A stretch of DNA of 64,000 nucleotides from Geosiphon pyriformis uo1. Lineage: Eukaryota; Fungi; Glomeromycota. The notes below the pieces were generated by a model. The model worked only from the letters and a program-made list of their open reading frames with translations. It ran no database searches and was not told the DNA's origin. Both the position numbers and the translations under genes were made by a program. Positions 39,030-51,500 of the stretch are shown one piece after another. The DNA lies in assembly GCA_016748015.1 (NCBI GenBank), contig JAAOMT010000664.1:1788576-1852575 (forward strand). Direction: 5' to 3'. Positions within the stretch are counted from its first letter, which is position 1; each line of letters starts with the position of its first letter.

Positions 39030-40852
39030 CTAGTATTCAGCTTTTTAAATAAACAACTATATATTACTAAATATTAGTAGGTTTTAGTATAACATAAACA
39101 ATCTTACCAAATACACTAAATACTGTCTTGATATTAGCAGCAGACATATTCAAAAACACATTATGCAGTACAATAATAGCAGAAAAAGAACCAAACTTAA
39201 AAACCACCAAAAATTTGGTAATATTAAAAGTAATTAAATAAACAAAGCTTGTAAACTTAATCAAAAACATGGCTTTTAAAGGTTTTTAAGAAACAAATTC
39301 TATATAAAAGAGCTTTGTATTGTTTTTTAATACTGACTTTGTATTTAAAAAACCATATACAAACTGAAAAACAGTCTTAATATAAATCAATTTTATTTTA
39401 AAAATTGTATTAAACATTAGAGTAAAAACCATCTATTCAGTAAATCTTTGACAATTAATAATAATTTTTTAGGTATCACTAGCAGCAGTATTAGAAATCA
39501 AAAAAAACAATAATAAATTGGTTTCTATTTGATTAATTTAGTTTTTAAAAACATATAACTTAACAAAAAACTATTGTTTTGCTTTTAAAGCCAATAATAA
39601 TCTATTAAAAAACATTATATTTAACAATACAACCAATGGTTAATCTTGGTCTATTTTGAATAATAAACTAAACAATATGATAAAAATCTTATCTAAGATT
39701 TTATTAAAAATCATAAAAAAATTTAATATAACAATAGCAAAGATAAGCAATTGCTTTTACTTTTTTGAGTCTTTAGTTTTTTTAACTATTTTTTTTGGAA
39801 AAAATAATATTAAAAACATTAAGTATAAAAATTATAAAAGAAAAAACCAACTTATTAACTAATTTGTTATTAAAAACTTTTAGGCTTTTAAAAAAAATAA
39901 AGACAATATTGAAATTAACCCAAATATGTCTCTTTAAAAAAACTTTAACTGATAAAAAACCAGCCAAATATAAAAAAAATGCTTTAATGATTACTAAAAA
40001 CAGCTTTTTACTATTATTAACTAAAAAAAAATTTCTAAAATGTTTTGTTTAATTGCTTTTATAATAAAAAAAACTTTTTTAATTAAACTTTTACAAGATA
40101 TCAAAAAAGAAATATTAATTGCAGTTTTTTTACTTTTTATTCTGGTTAAGATCATAAAATTAAGGAAACAAAGAGCTTTTTTGTTTTCATTTTATTGGTT
40201 TAATATTAAAAATTTTTGAATTTTTAATAATAATAATAATAATTACATTAAAATTAACTTTAATTAATTATTTAAAAAAAACTTTAAGTAAAAAAAGCTT
40301 TATTTAAAACCAAAAATAGTGTTTTATATTAGTCAAAAACTGTTTTGTTTTTATATTATTTAAAAAAACACCTTCCTTGGGTTTAAGTGGAGTTAGTTAT
40401 TTGAACATTCTTAACTCTGATAAGTTTGTGTCTATTTGCAACTATCTCTCTCAAGTTAGTTCTGGTAGTTTATCTGTATATACAAATGAGTTTCTAAAAG
40501 ATTTGGGCACAGTTGACTGTAAAGCTGGCACTGCTGCTTTTTTTGAGGACATTAATTTGGGTTTGGGCATTGATATATCAGATTTGATATTGTCAACTAT
40601 GACAGAATTACAGACTATTGTATTGGCCCTAGAGTGTATTCTCATATCTAGTTCTGTTTGCTTGTTTTTGGATAGTTAATCTGTTTTGGATGCTTGTAAG
40701 TTGAAATTGGGTCTGGTGTGTTCTGACTTTTGCAATAAGTACTGAATCAAGTGTCAATATATTATTAATGTCATTTGTAGTAAGAATTTAAAAATTAGTT
40801 AGCACAAGGTTAAAAATCACTCTGGTGTCTCAGAGAATGAGCATGCTGACAT

Positions 40853-41914
40853 TGTTACCTGAGTAGAAAAACTGATCCAAAGTTATGAAGAAACATGACC
40901 AAAACGTGACATAACACAGAATAATGTGCAATAACGTTGAATAATGTGTTATAACGTTGAATAACATGTTATAACACAGGATAACACAGAATAGCGCGCA
41001 ATAACATAGGATAACATGTTATAATACAGAATAATACAGAATAACATGTAATAACGTCAGATAACATAGAAAAACGAACCAATAACAGAAACAACAAAGC
41101 AATAGCTAGCAATAGCAAAACAATTGAAAGCAATCCTGTAAAACCAAAAGAATGTATAAAAGCAAGTAGTTGTAGAAGTGAGAAAGGAGAGAAGAAAAAA
41201 TAGATATGAACCTCTAGACCAAAAATTAAAATATCCATACCCCTTCATCCTTTATTATCTTCCCTATTTCATCTCTTGAAATAAATCAATTATTAAAAGA
41301 AATCAGAATTGCGAATTCATGTTCTCAAACTTCATGAAATTTACGTGAATTAATCCTTGTCTTGTACCTCTGTTCTAGAACAGATGCTCTTAGCATAACC
41401 ACTTCGAACCTATTAACGATTTGGACCAATCGCTCTTAATCATGGCAATTGATCATACTAATTTATCTTTTCTCTCTTTTCTTTTCTTTTCTTTTTCTTT
41501 TTCTTTCTTTTTTTGTCTTAATTTTTTTATGGAGTGGCAACATAGTAAAATTGACTGTCTGAGAATAGACTTTGTAATAGCCTGGTAAAAGAGGGAAGCT
41601 CCCCTTAAGTTTTAGATATTAACATTATTTTGTTAGCTTACCAGAAGAGTGAAAAGACAATGCCAGACCCTAACAACTGCACTCATTAGCTCAGAGAAGA
41701 AAGCTCACATTTATGAAAAACGTTGCAATCGACGAAAGACAAACTCTGTGTCTTATAACCAAAGAACTTAACGGGTAAAATTCACATCCAGGAATAGACC
41801 TTCAGAGACTGATAATCAAGACTAAGCCAACAGAATTATGCAGAAGACACATCATTAATAATTGAGAGCACCAAATGTTACCATTTCCCATACTCACCAA
41901 GTTTACCCATAACA
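40853..41914 (+). repeat. 5' LTR of copy F (1062 bp) with 16 x 10-bp array at 40911-41070
   Basis: TGTTACC...TAACA; TATAAAAG at 41155. Confidence 0.93.
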
Positions 41915-41976
41915 TTTGGTGCTCCCTATGAGGTTATAAATCCACAGAGACAGAGCACCCCCAAAAATACATAAAA

Positions 41977-44900
41977 GTGGCGACTATTAGAACAATAGGA
42001 AAGGACCACTCCTTATACGGAAAAGCACTATTTCAATACTTTCAAAAAGACCTAGGAATACCAGCAGGAACCATTTATGCAAAAAGTGATTTTTGTAACT
42101 ATATCAACACAAAAATTGACTGCTTGTTAGGCTGCACAACTGATACAGAAAGACTTGGAGAACAAATCCATCAAAGCTTACTAAAGTACTCAACAGCCAT
42201 GACTACCCGAGCAATCGCTAAAACTCTGTGCATAATTGATACAGACATTAAATATTACATGACACAACAATTCCCTCAAGTACAACAACCAGTGGAATCC
42301 GACCCTGAGGAATATAAAAACAAATCCAACAAACCCGTAACTGCCCAAGCCAAGTCCATGGTCAACAAGAAACCAAGAGTCCTCTCCCCAATAACTCCAT
42401 CATACTATCAGACACCCCAAAGTAGAATTGTATTCAACCCATCCCCAGAAACCCAGTCAGAAACACCACAAACTCCTGAAAATCCACACTCTTGGAATCA
42501 ACACAATTGGACCAAATCACTAAGAGAATACAGATNNNNNNNNNNNNNNNNNNNNAGTGATTTTTGTAACTATATCAACACAAAAATTGACTGCTTGTTA
42601 GGCTGCACAACTGATACAGAAAGACTTGGAGAACAAATCCATCAAAGCTTACTAAAGTACTCAACAGCCATGACTACCCGAGCAATCGCTAAAACTCTGT
42701 GCATAATTGATACAGACATTAAATATTACATGACACAACAATTCCCTCAAGTACAACAACCAGTGGAATCCGACCCTGAGGAATATAAAAACAAATCCAA
42801 CAAACCCGTAACTGCCCAAGCCAAGTCCATGGTCAACAAGAAACCAAGAGTCCTCTCCCCAATAACTCCATCATACTATCAGACACCCCAAAGTAGAATT
42901 GTATTCAACCCATCCCCAGAAACCCAGTCAGAAACACCACAAACTCCTGAAAATCCACACTCTTGGAATCAACACAATTGGACCAAATCACTAAGAGAAT
43001 ACAGATCACTGTTTGGAAATCTTAACCCAGCAGCCAGTCAAACAGAAGAAAACCCATTAACTTGGGAACAGCCACTAGCACAAAACCTAGCAGAATCAGC
43101 ATCTTTCCTGATGGAAAAAACAGCTATCTTACAACCTATTGGTTCAAGCAACCAGCATTAGCACCCAGAGAACACTCAAATACATGGACACCAATTCCTT
43201 TAAACATAACCAGTAACACCCCACCCATTAACCGGATCATGGCTTACCAGGATATTGCTAAATTGGAAAAATTCTCTGGTAAAGAAGATAACGCATATTC
43301 TTGGATCACGGATGCCGAGAAAGCAATTACTGCTAACAGTTGGAATGACGACCACACAGTTCAGGCACTGCCATTCTTTCTGACCGAAACTGCCAATTCG
43401 TAGTACCAGAGTCTAGCAGAGAAGCCTACCTCTTTTACAGAGTTTAAACTCGCATTTCTGCAATACTTTTGTGATCCCAATACGTTAATCCGATTGCAGA
43501 ATCAATTCAGCATAATTAAACAAAAAGATCACGAAGCAGTAACTACTTATCTTAGATGATTTAATCAAATCCTGCATCAAATATTAGCTATCGAAAGGGA
43601 CTACTACACCACAGCGCAAGTTCTTAATCAATTCATTAAAGGATTGTGGAGTAGTATTCTAAGATCTATAAGATCCCGTCATCTGACCAGTTTACAAGAC
43701 GCCATCACTCTCACTCACAATTTTGAGTCTACAGAACAAGAAGCGAACCATACCCAAGTCATTAATTTAGCCATTAACGGAACCTCTGACATCGACACAA
43801 AAATAACCCAATTGAGTGAGAAACTAACTCAAAAAATTGAGGAATTCTTAGCTGGAACTACAGAAACTTACCAACCACCCCAACAGAGAGAAAATAACAA
43901 CAACAGTAGATACCTACAGCAACAAAACCATCAGCAACAGCAACAACCTTGGAGATCCAATCCCCACAACTGCTACTACTGCCAGAAACCTGGACACATT
44001 GCCCATGACTGCAAAAGAAAGATCATGGACCAAAATCAAGGAAACCCATACCAGCAATCCAGATATCAGCAAAACATGGTACCCCAATATTCCATACCTT
44101 AGAATCAACTGCCCCTATATGCACAACAGGTCCCGTACATTCAACCACTGCCCCAGAATTATTATCAACCACTACCAATGACACAAGCAATTCCTCACTA
44201 TCAAACTTCCCCTTACAGCCCATCCAGACCTCGAGTTATAGACTATAATCAGGGATGGAGGAATCCCAACAACAATCAGATACAAACCAACAGTGGACCA
44301 TCTCGACCAATCCCTCGCAGTCCTGCCCAATCTCGACCAACACTAACTAGATACCCGAATCAAGCTTCCTATCTCAGTCTTATAAAAGACCAGGGTTTTG
44401 ATAAATCTACACCTGTGGAAGGGGGGAATATAGAACGAATCTCCCAACCTTCCAAGCAAACAAAAAGCAATATCCCACCAGCCACTATTACCAAAAACAC
44501 CATCCTAGTTGCCATATTTCCTTTTGACATTGATAATTTGAACACACATAGCCTTTTTAGTGGAGCAGCCATCAATCAGGATAAACCAATAATGGCTCTA
44601 TACACCGATGCCAGAGTTGAAGAAATAGACATTAAATTAATCCTGGATAGTGAATCAGCCGGTAGCATAATCACTAAACAGCTCATAAACCAACTAGGTC
44701 ACTGAGTAGACCGTGCTGCTACTGCCCAGATCATTACAGCAGATGGGAACATAAAAACCCCGATAGGAGAAATGGACAACTTCCCCTTCGAAATTAATGG
44801 AATCCAAATCCCTACCAAAGTACTCGTTATGGAAGCTACTCAATATCAAGCTCTAGTAGAAAATGACTGGTTGTCAAAAGCCAATGCTACTCTTGACTGG

Positions 44901-47900
44901 AACACCCAAGAACTTCAACTCACGTTCAACGGACAGCATGCCCGAGTTCCAGCTACATGCGGACACTTTAAAAACCAACGTACCAAAAAACTCCTTATTG
45001 AATTCGAAGACATATCAATGCCACCAACCATCGAAACCTATCAGGTTTTATGGGCGGATGATTATCGAATTGAACTACTCCCACCACCAATCTGGAAAGA
45101 AAAAAAAAAGACAGAGCCAAAGAAGAACCCCAATCGTCATCACTAGGATACATAACCTCGGACCAAAGAAACTTATTTTACCAACCCCCAAGACTAATAT
45201 GTGTCGATTGTGGAAAAAAACTATCTACTATGGGCGCATGTATTGGGGACAACAAAGAATGGCCCACCACCACCAAATACTATTGCAGGCCTTGTTTACT
45301 GGAAAGATTTGGATAATCAAAACGACAAGGCAAGTGGGACCACACACCGTGTCTCACATGTGGTGAAATTCTGCCAGATGAAGAACTCTGGAATAATGTG
45401 CCTGGCAGAGGAGGAACATGTGACAAGGCTTGTCAATACACCATATTAATCAACAATTGGGTATGAAAAAGAACCCCCATCGAGGACGCTTAGAAATGAG
45501 CACTCAACAGGCTAGACGGTTATCCACACAATAACCACGAAATCTGGAGAATGGCAAGTGCCAAGGCCAAAAACACTATGCCCGAAGAAATATGAGAAAT
45601 TAAGGGCAACCCTTGAATGTCCAAATATACTGAACCTGACTACCCCGAGGATAATTTCTTCACAGATGACCCAGATGTATTTCAAAACCAATATCAGGAA
45701 TTGGCCCCAACTTGCGAGGAACAGGAGCAAAGGTTGGCCGATTTGAATACCAAACTATGCGATTACTGTTTGATCCCCTGTTACTTCCAGTACTGCAATG
45801 AATGTGATCTCATGTTCAATTTGCCTCCAAGAATACTGTTTCCAATCACCGAACTACCTGAACCCGAAGAAGAGGTATTGATCACCGAGGACATGTCATT
45901 TCAAGATCCAACTGAGAATACTAAAACAGAACAGTATCTCGTGTATCCCGATCTCTTCAAAGAACTAGAGCTAAAATGGTACAGTGACAACGAGAAAGGA
46001 ATCTGCTCCAAAAAAGTGCATAACACTGATGCTGGTTTCGACCTATGATACTCCGGACAATCATTCATTATTATAGCCCCATATTCCCTTGTAAAAATAG
46101 ATCTTAAGATAGTGTTAAAAATTCCTGTTAGTACAATAGTACAAGTTGCCTCTTGATCTAGTCTAGCCAAGAAAGGAATCGACATAAAAGGAAGAATCAT
46201 CGATGCCAGTTACACGGGAAACATCATTGTGATACTACAGAACAATTCGAACAGACTCTACAAAATAGAATTACAAGAAAAGATTGCCCAAGCTATCTTC
46301 CTACCCTTAGTCAAAATACCCCAATTAACCCCAGTAACAATTCGAGAAAAGTTAGGCCTTATTGTTCGAGGAATCAACGGGTTTGGATCAAGTGGAAGAG
46401 AAAACGTACCAGTTAATTTCACGGAGGAAGACAGTGACCAGATAGAATTTATCCATACTGACACTGTCATTTTTATTCCCCCATACTGACAATACATCCT
46501 CAAGATAAATCGAAAGATCCAAGATCAAGCCCTATTATTCAAAGCCAGTCCCGAAATCTATTCCCTAGCCAATGTTGCTAATATATACCTACCGGCCAAA
46601 GCCCATAAACACTTCAAAATCCTCATCCACAACCCGACAGAAGATGTCATTAAAATTCCTGAAGGGACTCTCATCAGTTCTATATCCGCAGATAATCAGA
46701 ATCCTGAAAAACTCCAGTCCATTCCAGATTTTGCACAATTATTCTTATTCTGTGACATTACCTCACAAGTATGGAATTTACCAAAAAAAAGTTACTTGTT
46801 CACACCAGAAGAGATCAATAAATTGAATTTAAAAAATTTAAGTATCCTACAACAAATGCAACTCAAAGTCCTTCTGAATCAGTATGCCAATGTTTTTGCC
46901 AGCGAAAATGAGTTCGGACACACCAACATCGTGAAACATCAGATTGATACAGGAGACGCTTGACCAATTAAACAATGAACTTACCACATACCCCCATCTG
47001 GTGATAACCTAATTAAGCAAGAAGTGCAACGGATGTTTGATAATAGTCTAATCAAAGAATCGTTAAGCCCTTGGTCCTTGCCAGTAGTCTTAGTCACCAA
47101 AAAAAACGGAAAAGTGCAATTCTGTGTAGATTATCAAAAACTAAATAGTGTTACACGAGGAGATAGTTATCCCACTCCCCTCATCCAGGAAATTTTGGAC
47201 AATCTAGGGAAAAAAAAATGGTTCTCGTCATTAGATTTAGCAAGTGGTTACTGGCAAGTTGAAATGGACACCAAAAACAAAGAAAAAACAGCATTTACCA
47301 CTTGAGATGGAAACTTCGAGTTTAATGTAATGCCTTTTGGACTTTGTAATGCTCCTGCCATGTTTCAATGCCTGATGGATGTAGTATACAAAGAAATTCT
47401 TTAGAAATCAGTAGTAGTCTACCTAGATGACACAAATGTGTTCTCCGAAACATTTGAAGACCATCTGCTCTATCTGCAACAAGTCTTTGAATGCTTTCGT
47501 AGTGCCGAATTGAAACTCAATCCTGAGAAGTGCTTCTTTGGAAAAACTGAGTTAAAATTCCTAGAACATGTAATCGGCAAGGACAGAGTTAAACCCGATC
47601 TAGATAAAGTACAAAAAGTCAAGGATTTTCCAGCCCCAATCAACCTCAGAGAATTACGAGAATTTCTAAGATTAGTAGGATATTATTGTCAATTTGTCAA
47701 AGATTTCTCGAACATTGCAAAATCACTCCATCAATTATTGTCCAAATATGTATCGTACTTGTGGAAGGAAGATTAACAGAAAGCATTCGACTATCTCAAG
47801 CAGCGATTGATCACATCCCCAATCCTGATTTATCCAGATTTCACTAAACGGTTTATTGTCACTATGGATGCCTTGAAAAATGCTCTAGAAGCAGTTTTAT

Positions 47901-48223
47901 CACAGATAGAACTGGACAATAGAGAACATCCAGTTGCCTATGCTAGTCACAGTACTAGCCCAGCAGAAAAGAATTACAGCACAACAGATCTGGAATGTCT
48001 CGCCATTTATTGGGCCATACAGACTTGAAAACATTACCTCAGTCAACCATTTGATCTATATACTGACCACAAAAGACTTATTTGGTTACTCAACAATCCA
48101 CAACTAAAAGGAAAATATGTGAGATGGAGTACTTATCTGTAACAATTCCCACTCAAAGTCTATTATAAAGAAGGATCCAAGAACACCAATGCTGACAGTT
48201 TTTCGAGGATGCCACAAACCTAA
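41977..48223 (+). pseudogene. Gag-PR-Cys-rich-dUTPase-RT-RNase H polyprotein of copy F
   Basis: GTG start, MAYQDIAKLEKF capsid start, CYYCQKPGHIAHDC, LILDS, DAGFDL...GFGSSG, YLDD; ends ADSFSRMPQT-TAA at 48221-48223. Confidence 0.9.
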
Positions 48224-48550
48224 TCCCAGACCCATGGACACACTCACTTATCAACAACTACATCAGTACCTATCGACACTACATTTCAAGGAGATATTAT
48301 CTCAACAGGAACAGAGTACCATACGAAAACAAGCCCGAAATTATTTTATTCAAGACAACCAACTATATCGACGAGAATACCAAAACCACTCCAACCCACA
48401 ACGACTAATCACAGACAGTGAAAGAGAAACTATACTATATAGCGTGTACTCAGATCTGACTGCAGGACACTTTAACAAAGATGCTACTCTCGAAAAAACA
48501 CTAAACTTATACTATTGGTCAATGATGCACAAAGACATTTTCAAATACGT

Positions 48551-51500
48551 TGTTACTGGAGGTTTTTGGTCTCTTTTCTGTAATGTTGTTGATACTTATT
48601 TGCTGTGAATTCACATTTTCTGGATGTGGTTGAACTTCCAGTAACTGAATTTTTTAACTTCAAATTATCTCCTATAATTTGAACTTGCTGAGCTTATGAG
48701 TGGAATGGCCAATTCCATGCCAGTTGTTTTATGTAGTTATGTTGTAATAAATGTCAACTCTTTCCCAGGAATTGCTCGTCTGGAAGCTTACTAAAAATGT
48801 GTAGTTACTTTTGCTGTGAAAGTCAACTCTTCTACAGGAATCTTGTTTGTAGACTACCCTAATAATTGTAATAAGAAAAGAAAAGAAAATAAAAGAAATA
48901 TAAACGAAAATAGAATTTTGTCAAGAGAAACGTTTTCTATCCAGGCCTGAAGTCACTAACAGTTTACTGAAATTGGTAGCTAATCAATTTCAAAATGTTA
49001 GTTGAGTTTTGGGGATTTTCCAAGTACAATAATTAAAGAATTTGGTTTTTCGAATTATTTGATATTTATTTCTTTTTGTGTGTGTAAGAATGGTCCTAAG
49101 TGATAAGTCTAAAGTAAGATACATTTTCTCGAAGAGAGAAGCTCTTCTTTTATACAACTTGTCGTAACACTATTCTATGAACTTGAACTTTGCTATTTTC
49201 TACNNNNNNNNNNNNNNNNNNNNTTTTGTCAAGAGAAACGTTTTCTATCCAGGCCTGAAGTCACTAACAGTTTACTGAAATTGGTAGCTAATCAATTTCA
49301 AAATGTTAGTTGAGTTTTGGGGATTTTCCAAGTACAATAATTAAAGAATTTGGTTTTTCGAATTATTTGATATTTATTTCTTTTTGTGTGTGTAAGAATG
49401 GTCCTAAGTGATAAGTCTAAAGTAAGATACATTTTCTCGAAGAGAGAAGCTCTTCTTTTATACAACTTGTCGTAACACTATTCTATGAACTTGAACTTTG
49501 CTATTTTCTACAATTTTGCTAAACTAAAGATACATTTCGGCGAATTACAAGTTATTTTTGCGAACTTATTAGATATTTCGGTGAACTATCAATTATTTTG
49601 GCAAATTTCTATAAATTTTGGCAAACTTTTGAATGTTACATAGTTTGGGGTATTGCATAATTGATCATCGCAATTAGGTTACATTTGTGTTGTGTACAAT
49701 TTGGGTTATTAATTAAATGATAATTTTGGACATTCTTTGTTAATGTAAGGAGTAATAATTTGAAATGATAATATATGCTAATTAATAATAGGAATTATAA
49801 GATAGTTTCATGCTAAATGATATCTCTAATTTTGTCTGGTAACATAATCTCCTCCTCAAGACTAAGCTCCATCGAAGTCCAAGTACTGTCTGTTATTTCC
49901 ATTGTCATCTAACTGTGATAGAATGGCACCAAAGGCAGTATAAGAGGTGTCAGTTGCTAACCAGAATTGGTTGCTGAAGTCTGGGTAGACAAGGATTGGA
50001 GCTGTTGTGAGTTTTTCCTTAAGTATCTCAAAGGCATTTTGGTGTTCTTCTGTCCATTTGTATTCGACATTTTTAGTAGTGAGCTGGTTGAGGGGTTTTG
50101 CAATTTCTGAGAATTCTTTGATGAATTTTTGGTAATAGGATGCTAATCCAATAAATCCTCTTAATTCTGTGGTATTTCGTGGAGTTTTGAAGTTTTTGAC
50201 AGTACTGATTTTTCCAGAGTCTGGTTTAATTCTATCTTTGCTAACAATGTGACCAAGAAAAGCTAAACTTGTTTTTCCAAAGTAGCATTTTTCAATGTTC
50301 AGTTTCAATCCTGCTTTCCGTAATCATTGAAAAACTTCTTGCAGGTGAATTAAATGTAGCTTGAAAGATGGTGAATAAACATTAGTGTCATCAAGATAAA
50401 CTACTACTGATTTCCAAAGGAGGCCTTTGTAAACAACATCCATGAGTCTTTGGAATGTTGCTGGTACATTGCATAATCCGAAAGGCATTACATTGAACTC
50501 GTAATTTCCTCCTTGAGTGGTGAATGCTGTTTTGGAGTGGTCTTTGAGATCCATAGCAACTTGCCAGTATCCACTTTCTAAATCTAATGTTGAAAAGTAT
50601 TTGGACTTTTCAAGAGCATCCAACATGTCATCAATTCGGGGAAGAGGATAGGCATTCCCAATGGTGACACTGTTGAGTTGTTGGTAATTAACACAAAATC
50701 ATATCTTTCCATTTTTCTTTTTAACTAGGACCACAGGTGAGGCCCATGGGCTCATTGATGGTTGAATAAGCCCATTGTTAAGCATCTGTTGTACTTCTTC
50801 TTGGATAAATTGGTGACTTTCTGGGGCAACTCGGTAGGCTTGTTGTCGTCTTGGTTTGGTATCTCCTGTATAGATTTGGTGTTGAACCAAATCAGTTCTT
50901 CCTAAGTCATTGTTGTTTTCGGCAAAGATGTCAGCAAATTCTGCAATTAGCTCTTTGAGCTGGATCTGTTTTTGTGGTTCAAGTTGTTCTATGTTGATTC
51001 GAGATAGTTTTTCCATGACAACATGGTAGTTTTTAGAGCTAGGATTTGGGTTGATTTTTGGTAGTGAATGTCCAATAATTTCAGGGAAATCAGGGACTAT
51101 TTGGGATAATTCTTGTTGAAATATATTACTGTGAATAACTCCAATTTCTAAATTATTTAATAAAATTATGGGGTAATTATTGGGGTTGTAAAAAGTAACT
51201 TGGACTTTCTTTGTTCCTTCTGGAATATAAATGTTTGGGATCGAAATATTATGTTTCAAACAGACTTGTTTATTGGACTCAAAAATTTGTTGTGTAGTTG
51301 TTGGCTTTGTGCAAGTGTAGATTTCCGGATGTTCTCCAAAAAGTGAGATAATAATTGGTTGTGGAAGTCTGAGAATTTGGTGGAATTTGTTCTGTGTGTT
51401 AAGAGCTATATTAACTGGAACTGTAAATCGTCCAGTTGAACCAAAACCTTGGGTTCTTTTATCACTTTTTCCTAATTGTTCTCTTTGATTGACTAGTTGC

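Noticed and set aside
42085-43006. Exact 451-bp duplication making the 394-aa ORF look internally repeated
   Set aside because: Flanks N gap 42536-42555; assembly overlap.
48916-49511. Extended 3' LTR of copy G
   Set aside because: 288-bp duplicate around N gap 49204-49223; removing it gives 986 bp, equal to the 5' LTR.
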